From positions 15,619 through 78,337 of the forward strand of contig DAINMX010000003.1 of the NCBI GenBank assembly GCA_036736205.1: a DNA stretch of 62,719 bases, written 5' to 3'. Below the pieces are notes generated by a model. It did not search any database. It saw nothing but the letters and a program-made list of their open reading frames with translations, and was not told the origin of the DNA. Position 1 is the first letter of the stretch. Each line of letters starts with the position of its first letter. Origin of the DNA: Myxococcota bacterium (GTDB taxonomy: Bacteria; Myxococcota; XYA12-FULL-58-9). Below, in pieces: positions 26,611 to 36,523 of the stretch. Made by a program: the position numbers and the translations under genes.

Positions 26611-29600
26611 CCGTGTCTCGGTCTACATTTCGGGCGGCATCATAACGGCACAGTCCAGAGAAGTCGCAGGCACGGCACAACGCGGGAGAATCCGGATCAG
26701 GAGAAACATCACCGCCAACCAAAGTATCGATCCGACCCCAGAGTTGCTCTCGAAGCTGCGCGGCAAAGATGTCTGGTTCCTCCGACATTCCCTCTGCCAT
26801 TTCCCGATGCCCACTGTGCAACGCGACCCACCCCGCCCGGATGCTGTTGGCACCAGGACACAGATTACGACGAGCCACGAGTGCGTACACAGGCAGTTGG
26901 AAATGCCGACCAGGACTGCGTTTCCGTAGCGTTCGCTTGTAATCGAGTATCAACAATTCTTCTGTGCCGTCATCATGTTGAGCCAAATCAACACGGTCGA
27001 TACTGCCGCGGACTCGCAACAATCGGCGACCATCCGGTGACTCAATCTCGAGGGGGGGCGTGCCGCAATGTTCATTAAATTCGAACTCAAGAATCAAAGG
27101 CGAAAGTTCACTGCTCTGACGCAAATCATATTCCAACTGTGCCTCTACCGCGCCCCACGCGTCCTCAAGCACTGCTCTTTCGAGCGAGGGATGAACGTGG
27201 ACCTCCTCGAGAATGACTTCACGCTGAGCATCAAACACGCTTCGCGCTCTGGCGCGAGTCCCCTCAGGATCGATCCTTGCCATGGTAAGCCCACCGCAAC
27301 CGATAATGTCGCGATAGACCGCCCACAACGCCGCGTGACCAGCGCTGCCCTCCTCCCGCGCGTCCGCTCCCAGTGCTGGCACTGGCTCCCGCTCGAGTTT
27401 CAGAATTTGGCCGGCAAGAAATCGAAATCGGCACATTCCCAACAGATCGAGACGCGACGGGCTCTGCACCTTGCCAACAACCTCTTCTTCAACCCGTCGT
27501 CGCTGTGCGCCGCTCAAGGGCTGCGACTGTCGCTTGGGACCCCGGATGATCCTCTCTTGGTTGACCCGTAGCTCAATGCTGCTGGTGACGGAATCACGGC
27601 CCCGCAACAGAGCATCAAGCGCAACTGCCTTGCCCGGATTGTGGGTCGTGGCAATACGCGCTGCGTTCGAAAGACTTCCCAGACTCCAACGTTGTCGCAA
27701 CAGTCTCTTGCCGGGAAATTCACAGGCATAAGACGGTTCGGTGAGTTCTATCTCCGGTGTCCCTAGACTTCGCACCAGCTCATCCACCAGTTCGCTCCGA
27801 CCACCTTGGGGGTCGTTGTCGGCAGTCGAAAATGTAACAACCAATTGCTTCTGACAACTTGCCAGTGCCTCCAGCCAGATCCACGTATCCCGGGCGCTGC
27901 CGTGGAGCGCACCACGACCCGTCATCGGCGCAGATTGTAAGAGCCGCGGTCCAAGGAGACGGTTGACCTCGACCCGCAACTCCTCAGTGAGCACCAGGTC
28001 AGGGGCTGACGCTCTCGGCAGCACATCGGCGTCAATTCCAGCAAGTATGACATTGTCGAAATGGGTCTCGACCAATTCATCAATGGACAACACCGCAACG
28101 CTGCCAGCCCGCATGCCTGCCGGAAACAGCCGCCGCTCACTCAGCACCGACCCAATGAAGTCACAAAGTTCTGGCCTCTCCCAATCGCCTGCCCATGGCG
28201 CAGTTCGCGCCGTTTGGCGCAATTCAACAAACACATCAGCAAGGGCAGTCAATGCCCCGTGATGTCTGGCTTGTGCACGCAAAAGCCCCCGTCGACCCCA
28301 TTGAGCGCCATCGGGATCCCCAGAATGGGCGCTGATGGCAGGCAACGACATATCGAGACCACGCATCATCTCTTCGAGCGCATCGACTTGTTCCGCCAAT
28401 GGAGCACACTGGGGCAAGGACCCCAACCTGTCCATCACGCCGTCTAGCGCATCCGCAATAGCCACGGCCTCACGCATTTCACCGTCACGATCGAAAGAGC
28501 GTGTGCGATACGCACGGTTGACCAGCCCTTCGCGAAAACTCCACAATCTTGCCGAGCGCACCCCCGCGCGTCGAACTCGATCGGCGACTTGTGCCGAGTT
28601 GAGCGCGCCGTGCGGAACGTCGACACTCCGACCCAAGGTACGCCACAACTCAAGCAACGGCTCACGTGGAAATCCCCGATCGACAATGCGCAATGCATCT
28701 TCCACGAGTCGCCCGGCGGCAGTACGGTGCAGACGAACCCCGCGTCGCGAGTACGCAGGCACTCCGATGCCGCTCAATGCATCGGTTATCTCCGGGCCGA
28801 GCTGGTCAAATTCGGCAACAGCCACACAGATCGAGTCCGCCGGCACACCACTTAGGAGCCACCCGCGCACGCGCTGGGCAATAGCGCGGCCATGCTCTGC
28901 ACGACTCGCGATACGCAGAAATGATACCGGTGCCTGTGGTGCAGTCTTGTCGGTGAACTGCGCGGCCCGCAACTCCTCGAGGGGGCCCGTACCCTGCCGC
29001 GTGTCGAAAGTGACACCAATGTCGAGAGTATCACGCGCCTCCAGATTGTGGAGACTTGCCTCAGGCCACGCGAAGGCTTCCTTGCGATCACCGTCCCAAG
29101 GCAACCGCACGTCGACCCGCACCCCACGAGAAGCCATTGCAGCCAACAGGTCGAGCCGAGATCCGAAGAGGGTCGCCCCACCCTGCACGACCACTCTGCG
29201 CAAATGGGAAAACGTTGGTGCCACCGCGCCTTTGGAGGTGGCAAGCACGCCGGTGCGCTCCCAATCAGCATCATCGGCGAGCGAAACTCGTTGCAAGGCG
29301 TTCTCGTAACGCGAGAGGAGATCAGCAACTGTCTTGAGATTCGCCGAAATCCTTTCGCCGGGCAGATGTCGCGCCGTAATCCCGGCTTGGCGCAACTCCA
29401 CGATCGCTCGGTGGACGGCCCGAACGGCAAATGGGTCACGGGCAGCGTCCCGGACCCAGCCACTGCCGCTCCCCATCAACGAGCGGCACAGAATTTGGCA
29501 AACCAAAGGAGGCGCGTAACGGTGGCCGCCAAGAGAACCCAGAGAGCGCAACAACGCGCCAAAGGTCGTGAAATTTTGCGTGCCCACGCAATCCCCGGGC

Positions 29601-29680
29601 CGAAGCTCGATTGCACGATCCGCGGCGAGACGACTCGGATAGACATGCAGCTCATCTGGTTGAGGCAACAGGGACTCCAC
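26603..29680 (-). CDS. addB: AddB-type helicase-nuclease subunit B (inactivated helicase-like N-region with a Cas4/AddB-type Fe-S nuclease)
   Basis: 1025 aa with no Walker A at the N-terminus. The C-terminal nuclease reads GSIDRVDL..LLILDYKRT and is flanked by Cys (MCRF ... CRACDFSGLC = C-X2-C-X5-C). It overlaps the addA start by 8 nt. Confidence 0.75.
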   Translation of the reverse strand: MESLLPQPDELHVYPSRLAADRAIELRPGDCVGTQNFTTFGALLRSLGSLGGHRYAPPLVCQILCRSLMGSGSGWVRDAARDPFAVRAVHRAIVELRQAGITARHLPGERISANLKTVADLLSRYENALQRVSLADDADWERTGVLATSKGAVAPTFSHLRRVVVQGGATLFGSRLDLLAAMASRGVRVDVRLPWDGDRKEAFAWPEASLHNLEARDTLDIGVTFDTRQGTGPLEELRAAQFTDKTAPQAPVSFLRIASRAEHGRAIAQRVRGWLLSGVPADSICVAVAEFDQLGPEITDALSGIGVPAYSRRGVRLHRTAAGRLVEDALRIVDRGFPREPLLELWRTLGRSVDVPHGALNSAQVADRVRRAGVRSARLWSFREGLVNRAYRTRSFDRDGEMREAVAIADALDGVMDRLGSLPQCAPLAEQVDALEEMMRGLDMSLPAISAHSGDPDGAQWGRRGLLRAQARHHGALTALADVFVELRQTARTAPWAGDWERPELCDFIGSVLSERRLFPAGMRAGSVAVLSIDELVETHFDNVILAGIDADVLPRASAPDLVLTEELRVEVNRLLGPRLLQSAPMTGRGALHGSARDTWIWLEALASCQKQLVVTFSTADNDPQGGRSELVDELVRSLGTPEIELTEPSYACEFPGKRLLRQRWSLGSLSNAARIATTHNPGKAVALDALLRGRDSVTSSIELRVNQERIIRGPKRQSQPLSGAQRRRVEEEVVGKVQSPSRLDLLGMCRFRFLAGQILKLEREPVPALGADAREEGSAGHAALWAVYRDIIGCGGLTMARIDPEGTRARARSVFDAQREVILEEVHVHPSLERAVLEDAWGAVEAQLEYDLRQSSELSPLILEFEFNEHCGTPPLEIESPDGRRLLRVRGSIDRVDLAQHDDGTEELLILDYKRTLRKRSPGRHFQLPVYALVARRNLCPGANSIRAGWVALHSGHREMAEGMSEEPDIFAAQLREQLWGRIDTLVGGDVSPDPDSPALCRACDFSGLCRYDAARNVDRDTDD

Positions 29681-29777
29681 GGCGGCACCTTACCATGTTG
29701 GTCGGACAACCTTCATACCGGTTTGGAAGATCCCACGCATGGGCTGCACCTCTAGGACAGGCCGATCGCCACATCAC

Positions 29778-32700
29778 CTACGCATACATCTCCAACAACG
29801 GTGCCGCCTCTCGTTCGAGCGCAGAGAATGCCTCTTGAAATAGCGGGGTCGTCATGTAGGTGCGATCAGCGTCTAGCAGCTTGAGGTATCGATCCACCAC
29901 TGCCGCCGATCCACGCAACACACCAATCCGCAACAGGTGCAACCAACCAGCAATGACGACCTCCTGCAAACCTGCTTTCGTGGCGAATTCCACGCCCTCC
30001 TCACAGACCGATTGCCCGTGGGCCAAGTCCTCGGTGAGCGCCAGGGCGAGGCCCAGATGAACCTGCGCTTCTGCGGCGATTAGCTGTTCGTCGAGGACGC
30101 GAGCTCGCGCCAGGGCACGTTCGAGATAGAACCGTCCCGCATCGGGGCTGCTGGCCCACAGCAGTGTCTGTCCCAGATTGACCAAGTCTGTCGCCTCGTC
30201 GGCCCAGCTGCCGACAGCGCGATCGATGACAATAGCGCGCTCGAATCCCTTGCGCGCCGAGGAAAAACGACAGGTGATTAGATCCAGATATGCCGTGTTA
30301 GTGATCGCCGACGCCGCCAATTGCAAAAAATTGTGCTCCTCGGCGACCTCCTGACAACGGGTGAACACTGCACGAGCCGCTGCGTACTCGGCCTCATCGA
30401 TCTTCAAACTGCCGCGAACCAAATCAAGTCGCACCCGCGCGTGCGTATCCTCCCCCACATGCACCTCTGCTCGGTCGAGCCAGGTGTGTCCTGCGGAGAG
30501 TTCGCGCGCGTGTTTGTAACTCGACGCCAACAATCGACCGGCATCACAGGCCATCTTGCTATTGCCGGTTTGTTCCGCCATTGCAAACACCGCCTGCAAC
30601 CGCTGCCGTGCCTCATTCGCGTCGCCGACACGCAACAGGGCATCGCCTACCCAATAGTCAACAATGATGCTTCCTTTGTCGCCAAGAAGTGAGCCAAAGC
30701 GTTCGCGGATAATCTTTGCGAGCCGCAGAGTGTGCCGCGGTGCACCACGATGCGCTGCCGCCGCCAACTTGAGTACAGCAACCCTCGCCCACCGTTTGGG
30801 CGATGGCCGCGTTTCCATGGGTAACCGCTTGGCGGCGCGACGCCACTCCTCGGCGAGCTCGTCGGCCTCACGATAGAGACCGGTCTCGAGAGCTGCCCGC
30901 GCAGCGCGTTCCAACCATCTAAGCGCTTCACCATAGTCCCCGGCACTGGCGCGGTGACGTCCAAGCGCCGCTTCTAGATCGGAGCGGTCCTTGAGAACCA
31001 AAGGTTCAAGGGCATCTGCAATCCGACGGTGGTAAGCCATCCTTTCCGCCTCGGGTAACGCCGCCAGCACCACAGCCCGCGTCGCCGGATCGCAGAACGA
31101 AAGAGTTCCTCTCTCCGTCGCAACCAACAACCTCTTCTCACCGAGAGTTGTCAAACTCACCTCGACAAGAGGTTCGGCCATCTTTGAGGCCAACGCTGCC
31201 TCAATAAGCTTACGGTCGGCGTCTTGACCGAGAATACTTGCGACAGCCAGCACCCGGCGCTCTCCCGGCGATGCGCTGGCCAGCTTCGCTTGCATCATCG
31301 TCGCGACAACGTCCGGCACGATCGCTTCGGCCGCATCACGACCGGTTTGCACCAAGCGCACGGCATTGTCGTCGCGTTCGAGCAGATTGCGCTCTTCGAG
31401 CACACGCGCGAGCTCGAGAACCAGGCCAGGCAACCCATTGGATCGCTCACTCACCAACTGCGCGAGCTCCCGCCCCACCAACCGTCCACCCCAAACCTGT
31501 TTGAGGAGTTGCGCCACCTGATTGACGGTTAACCGTCGCAGCTCGACCTCGTCGCCGAGAGCGCGTCGAAGATCGGAAAGCACAGGATCGGGCCGGTAGG
31601 TGCCGATCAATACCAAGGGCACCCTGCCACTGAGCGCCGTGAGTCGCATGGCAAGGCGAAGGGTGAGGCTGTCGGCGTAATGCAAATCTTCGACAACAAA
31701 CATGATCGGCGTTGCCCGCGCCCGCAGCACAACCCACTGCGAGATGCTCGCAAGGATTCGTTCATGCACATGGGGGTCTGTGGGATCAAGAAGAGTTGCC
31801 GTAGTACCGTCTGGCCTGCGCGCGGGTTGAAGGATGCTAACAAGCTCCGGCACCACTGACTCGAAACCGAGTCCACGCAATCCCTCCCGGATCTTCGCGC
31901 GTCGCTCCGCACTCGAAGTGTCAGTGTCGATAGCGAAAAAATTCTCAAACATCCGCACAATTGGCGCGAGGGGCACCGACTTTGTCGCGTAGGAACAACG
32001 TCCGATGACGCATGAACCACCGTTCTTCGTCCAGTGATGCATCAACCGCGCTGCCAGATCGGACTTGCCAGAGCCGGCATCACCGCAAATGCCCACAATC
32101 TGTGGCTTGCCGCGAGCCGCAGCATCCACTGCGGCCACCAACACGTCCGTGTCGGCGGGACGAACGTCTTCCAGATCAGTCTTCTCTCCGGCCTGCACGA
32201 ACCGAGCTTCGTTCTCCCTCGGTGCGTGCGCGTGATGAATGGTGATCGACTCCGCTGCCCCCTTGGGCATGAGCATGCCACGGTCGGAGCAAACGAAATG
32301 GCTCTCAATTCCCTGGAGAACCGTACTCGTACAGATGACCGAAAAGGCAGGTGCTGCTCGGGCACACTGCACCGACAGTGTTGTACCATCACCAACGACA
32401 ATGAGCTGCTGATATCGGCTCGGGCTACCGATGGCCCCTACATAAACCAGGCCACGGTGTACACCCATGCGCACACCGAACTCCTCGATATCCCCACCCA
32501 CGAGGGTTTTGGCGCGACTGACGGCCTCCAGCGCTGCGACGATGGCCCGCTCAGAGTCGTTGTCATTCGCTTCTTCGAGTCCAAATGCGATGGTACCGCG
32601 CTGTCCGACGGCCGTGGGTGATATCCCACAAACCACTCCTCCATGTTTGCGGATGGTGCGCAGCAAAGCACGAGTGACCTCTTGCGCAATGTGTCGATCT

Positions 32701-33560
32701 TGTATTGTCGCGCCACTGCCACGCACGTCGGCTGTGACGATCACTGCCCGGCGCAACTCGCCAGGCAAATCCACACCAGGCTTACAACCACGCAGCCACG
32801 CTGCCAGCGTCGGTGGAACAAAAGGCTCCAACAGAGCAATCTTGGCGTCAACTCCATCGCGCAGATCCGCGCCGACCCGTCGGGACTTCCCCCTGGGCGG
32901 GTAAATGCGCAATCCCCGTACGACGACAAAGCCATGGCCATGCTCGGCAGCCTCGACAACATCGCCAAGCTCCTCGGCAATTTCGGCACCAATAACCACG
33001 GTATTGGCGTTCGCCCGTCGTTGCAGTTGCACAGCCGCATGCACCGCTTCACCTGCGGGCACCAGCATGCGACGCGCCATTTCTCCGACGATGACGAGCT
33101 GTGCCTTCCCTCGGGCAACGCCCACACGAAACATCAATTCACGGAACTCACCGCCAGCGATTCGACCAGTCTCACCACACATCAAGTGCTGCGCGGTCAA
33201 CGCCGCGGCAGTGGCTCGCAGGCAATGATCATCGCCGCGAAACATGACGGTCATCGAATCACCGTTGAGCTGAAGGGCGTAGCCGCCAAACGGAACAATC
33301 GCTTCCTCCAGGAGCGGCCGATAAACACTGTTGAGGAGCTCACCGAGCTTTCCGAGTGCCTTGGCACCCTTGGCAGCAAGTCGTTCGCAAATGGAGCTAA
33401 CACCAATGATTCTGGCATGGAGGATCGAACCGTCCACCTCCTGTCCCTGCACCGACTCCTCCACAGGATGCTTCAGCACTGCCTGCACCAGATGGAACGG
33501 CACGGCTGCGCACAGGGCTTCCAGATAGGAGACCTTGTCATCGCCAGGTTTGGATGGCAT
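29778..33560 (-). CDS. STAND-type signalling protein: two cyclase-homology domains, an AAA/NACHT-like P-loop NTPase and TPR repeats
   Basis: 1260 aa. Two class III cyclase-like segments are present (LHARIIGVSS...LNGDSMTVMF; VIVTADVRGSG...VRMGVHRGLVYVGAIGS). Walker A is GICGDAGSGKSDL and Walker B is IMFVVEDLHYAD. A long helical-repeat C-terminus is rich in A/L/E/R. Confidence 0.8.
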   Translation of the reverse strand: MPSKPGDDKVSYLEALCAAVPFHLVQAVLKHPVEESVQGQEVDGSILHARIIGVSSICERLAAKGAKALGKLGELLNSVYRPLLEEAIVPFGGYALQLNGDSMTVMFRGDDHCLRATAAALTAQHLMCGETGRIAGGEFRELMFRVGVARGKAQLVIVGEMARRMLVPAGEAVHAAVQLQRRANANTVVIGAEIAEELGDVVEAAEHGHGFVVVRGLRIYPPRGKSRRVGADLRDGVDAKIALLEPFVPPTLAAWLRGCKPGVDLPGELRRAVIVTADVRGSGATIQDRHIAQEVTRALLRTIRKHGGVVCGISPTAVGQRGTIAFGLEEANDNDSERAIVAALEAVSRAKTLVGGDIEEFGVRMGVHRGLVYVGAIGSPSRYQQLIVVGDGTTLSVQCARAAPAFSVICTSTVLQGIESHFVCSDRGMLMPKGAAESITIHHAHAPRENEARFVQAGEKTDLEDVRPADTDVLVAAVDAAARGKPQIVGICGDAGSGKSDLAARLMHHWTKNGGSCVIGRCSYATKSVPLAPIVRMFENFFAIDTDTSSAERRAKIREGLRGLGFESVVPELVSILQPARRPDGTTATLLDPTDPHVHERILASISQWVVLRARATPIMFVVEDLHYADSLTLRLAMRLTALSGRVPLVLIGTYRPDPVLSDLRRALGDEVELRRLTVNQVAQLLKQVWGGRLVGRELAQLVSERSNGLPGLVLELARVLEERNLLERDDNAVRLVQTGRDAAEAIVPDVVATMMQAKLASASPGERRVLAVASILGQDADRKLIEAALASKMAEPLVEVSLTTLGEKRLLVATERGTLSFCDPATRAVVLAALPEAERMAYHRRIADALEPLVLKDRSDLEAALGRHRASAGDYGEALRWLERAARAALETGLYREADELAEEWRRAAKRLPMETRPSPKRWARVAVLKLAAAAHRGAPRHTLRLAKIIRERFGSLLGDKGSIIVDYWVGDALLRVGDANEARQRLQAVFAMAEQTGNSKMACDAGRLLASSYKHARELSAGHTWLDRAEVHVGEDTHARVRLDLVRGSLKIDEAEYAAARAVFTRCQEVAEEHNFLQLAASAITNTAYLDLITCRFSSARKGFERAIVIDRAVGSWADEATDLVNLGQTLLWASSPDAGRFYLERALARARVLDEQLIAAEAQVHLGLALALTEDLAHGQSVCEEGVEFATKAGLQEVVIAGWLHLLRIGVLRGSAAVVDRYLKLLDADRTYMTTPLFQEAFSALEREAAPLLEMYA

Positions 33561-33641
33561 CGGTCCACTCTACGGCAGACTGCCTTCGGAGGCTATGCTT
33601 TGTCGCTCAGGGAGTCAGTCAAGACGATCGCGCCCGCGACG

Positions 33642-35291
33642 TCAGCGACCTGTCATCGCTTCGTCGATCTTTGCGCCGACCTTCTTCAGGACCTGCGTGG
33701 CCAGCGCACGCACGGCTCCGCGCTTGGCCTCATCGAGGTTGCGATGACCTCGGTGTTTGTGCTCTTCCACCGCACCGACAACTTTACCGGCGGCAACTGC
33801 TTTAACCTGCACGATCACTGTGGCGTCGGCAAAGTGTAGGTCCTTCGTAGAGCCGGTGCCCTTACCGCCATCCTCGACCTTGACGATGACATCAAGGAGA
33901 ACATCTTGATCCCCCGGATCGGCGGAGGCCATGTCGGTGACCTTGAAACCTCGCTCGGTAAGCGCCTTGATGAACGCAACCTGAAACTCCTCTTCGAATG
34001 GGCCGCTGACCTCGACACCAACCTTGAGCTCATCCACAGCGCTCTCAAACGCCGCGGCGACATCGGAGTGAGAATACGGGCCAGAGACGCCAACGCCGTC
34101 GACATCGACGATGCGCAGCTCACTGTTTAGGGCCTCACGCTCGAGAATTGCATCGAGAGCCTTGCCAAGAAAGGACACTTTGAACACCTTGTCGGCGCTG
34201 CGAGCCTTCTGGATGTAGCCGCCGGCCTTGTCATCGAGCTCGGCGATTTGCTCACGCAGAATCCGGCTGGCCTTTGCGCGCTCCATGCACGACAACGCAT
34301 AGGTCGTACCGCCACCGGCCCACACTTCCATCAATTGCACGCCGCTAAACACCTTGCCCGTGGCGACCTTGGTGAGAGTCTCTGAGGATTGTACCTCAAC
34401 CGGTTGGGCACCGGTCTTGCTGTAAGCGCCCATGAAATCTTGGCTCATCGAGGCTACGTGGGCGATGAAGATCCGTGCGAGGGCAGCGTAGGAGCCATTC
34501 TCAGCGGCAGTGCGATCTCCGCCGAAACCGACGCCACACAGAAAGACCGCGTAGGAGAAGTTGGCGTCCTCGCCATCAATCCAGGCAGGTTTCTCGCCGG
34601 TGCGTTGGCGCACGTTGCTGTCCGGCTTACCCTTCGACTCCGTCTCAACACCAGGGCGCACATCGTCGGCGGCAACCCTTGGTGGGGGGGGAGGAGGAGC
34701 TGGCTTTTTGCCGTGGCGATCGAAGATGTCGTCAACGTCGACCTTGGTCACGTAGCTCTTCGCTGCACCCGCGGCCTCGGCCGCAAGAACATCCTTGAGA
34801 ACCTTGAGGTCCAAAGCGGCAAGGGCGTAGAGGGTGCCGTCGCCATCAGCATATCGGTCAACGATCTCGGAGCCCTTGAGGGAAGCCGAAGTCGCGGTCT
34901 TGATCGCATTCTCTACAACCTGCTCCTCACCACTGCCGCTTGAGGCGCTCATGTAGTCTTTCATCAAGGACGCCGAGAACACCTCGAAGAGTTTGACGAG
35001 CTCGTTGCGGCCTCGATTGTCCGCGGTGGAACGCAACAAGGAGACATTCTTGATGCCCGAGGCAGCACCAACGGCGTAGAACACGCGCCGGCCATCAGCC
35101 ATTACCATGGCGACGTTGCCGCGCATGATCCAACCGGGTTTGCCATCGCTGCTTTCGCCGAACGTCTGGTTGGCCTCGCCGGCCTTGCCCGAGCCCTCAG
35201 CGGCCTGTGCGCCCTTGGAGCCTTTGCGGCCACCGCCACAGGCAGCGATCAGTGATACACCTAGGGTTATCAGAAGAAGATTTCGTCGCAT
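33642..35291 (-). CDS. Hypothetical lipoprotein with two LPP20-like segments and a poly-Pro linker
   Basis: The lipobox reads LLITLGVSLIAACGG. GKPGWIMRG... and EKPAWIDGE... segments resemble LPP20-family lipoproteins. The linker reads KKPAPPPPPPR. Confidence 0.55.
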   Translation of the reverse strand: MRRNLLLITLGVSLIAACGGGRKGSKGAQAAEGSGKAGEANQTFGESSDGKPGWIMRGNVAMVMADGRRVFYAVGAASGIKNVSLLRSTADNRGRNELVKLFEVFSASLMKDYMSASSGSGEEQVVENAIKTATSASLKGSEIVDRYADGDGTLYALAALDLKVLKDVLAAEAAGAAKSYVTKVDVDDIFDRHGKKPAPPPPPPRVAADDVRPGVETESKGKPDSNVRQRTGEKPAWIDGEDANFSYAVFLCGVGFGGDRTAAENGSYAALARIFIAHVASMSQDFMGAYSKTGAQPVEVQSSETLTKVATGKVFSGVQLMEVWAGGGTTYALSCMERAKASRILREQIAELDDKAGGYIQKARSADKVFKVSFLGKALDAILEREALNSELRIVDVDGVGVSGPYSHSDVAAAFESAVDELKVGVEVSGPFEEEFQVAFIKALTERGFKVTDMASADPGDQDVLLDVIVKVEDGGKGTGSTKDLHFADATVIVQVKAVAAGKVVGAVEEHKHRGHRNLDEAKRGAVRALATQVLKKVGAKIDEAMTGR

Positions 35292-35491
35292 GGATCCTCC
35301 GTCCGTCCTTGTTTCATCCAGACTTGGAAGTCGACAATGTCGAGTGGACGCCCCTTTGGGACGCCCGAACCCCCTTTGGAATTCTCCGCTGGTATGCTCG
35401 ATTCAGGCAATAATTATGTGCCGATACCACACCCGGAGGATCGGAAGCAATCGAGGCGATTAACGATTGCGTAACTCGCCACGCCGGCGCT

Positions 35492-36253
35492 CTATCGTTG
35501 TCTGGTGTTGTCTCTCGGCGCAGGCGGCTCAGCATCTTTTTTTGCACCGAGGGGCACTGCAGCACGGGCCGACTCATCGACCCTTTTCACCTCGAGAGGC
35601 ACTGGGGCAGCGGCTGGCTCGTCGATCCTCTCCACCTCCAGGGGCAAGCCTGGCCCTCCCGGCTGCTGTCCGCCTGTGCGAAAACGGACGTTGCCCGACT
35701 GGAACCCGGGGGCAGTGGGGGGATGCTCCATGTCCTTGATGCGACTGCCGTCATGACCAAACACTCCCTGACAGGCCTCGCGCACCTCGGGCGCTGCTAC
35801 CACACGAACCAACAAGCCAAACTCCTCTGGCGGATCTGGCACTGCCCCGACGTAGACGCGAGCGGCTTGTTCACAGGTGAGCGATGGTTCGCGGGTGAAC
35901 TGGCAAATGACCGTCAATTTGGTCCACTCCTCGGCTGGCTTCTCCGGCGTCTCGAAACGTTCGTCCTCTGTGCCGATCTTTTCAACCTTGTCCCAGAAGC
36001 CTCGCATGTCCATAACCATAGCCTGCTCGCATCCAGCATCCCGCAGCTCTTGGGTTCCAGGAGCCTTGGCGGCAGCCATGGTCATCTTCATCGATTCGCC
36101 CATTAGCGAGGTCATCTTGCGAACGTCGGGATTGCTCGCGACGCAATAGACGCAAGAGCCAACAATGACGATGGCAAGGAGAAGCAGCACGAGAAACACG
36201 ATGCCGAGCACTTTGAGAGCAGAACTCGATCCTTGTTGTGGCTGTTCAGTCAT
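35492..36253 (-). CDS. Hypothetical single-pass membrane protein with C-terminal PLEV(E/K)R(I/V)DE repeats
   Basis: The N-terminal TM helix reads LKVLGIVFLVLLLLAIVIVGSCVYCVA. The C-terminal repeats read PLEVERIDEPAAAPV / PLEVKRVDESARAAV / PLGAKKDAEPPAP. Confidence 0.55.
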   Translation of the reverse strand: MTEQPQQGSSSALKVLGIVFLVLLLLAIVIVGSCVYCVASNPDVRKMTSLMGESMKMTMAAAKAPGTQELRDAGCEQAMVMDMRGFWDKVEKIGTEDERFETPEKPAEEWTKLTVICQFTREPSLTCEQAARVYVGAVPDPPEEFGLLVRVVAAPEVREACQGVFGHDGSRIKDMEHPPTAPGFQSGNVRFRTGGQQPGGPGLPLEVERIDEPAAAPVPLEVKRVDESARAAVPLGAKKDAEPPAPRDNTRQR

Positions 36254-36523
36254 GGACTCGAGTTATGCCACAAAGACGACAGCCGCCAAAGCCTTCCGCC
36301 ACAACGAAGCGCGAATGTACGGGGGTTCTGCGGATTCTGCTCGTCCATTGAGCGCCATCATGCGTAGCGTTTAGTGTTGCAATATTCGCTTCAGCATCCC
36401 CGGCTTCTAACAACCACGCCCACGCCCGAGGCATGACCTATGGCGCGAGTATGCGTTATTGCACGAATCGGAAATTGGAAGCACGGAGTTGGGATTCGAG
36501 AACCACCCGGCGGACTCTTCGGT

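Noticed and set aside
23176-29680. The UvrD-like helicase plus nuclease pair as a Gabija-like or other helicase-nuclease anti-phage defence system.
   Set aside because: The sizes (1144 and 1025 aa), the 8-nt overlap, the RecB-type nuclease on both proteins and the AddB-style Cys cluster fit the AddAB end-resection enzyme. No OLD/TOPRIM ATPase partner typical of Gabija is present. Residual uncertainty is recorded in the findings.
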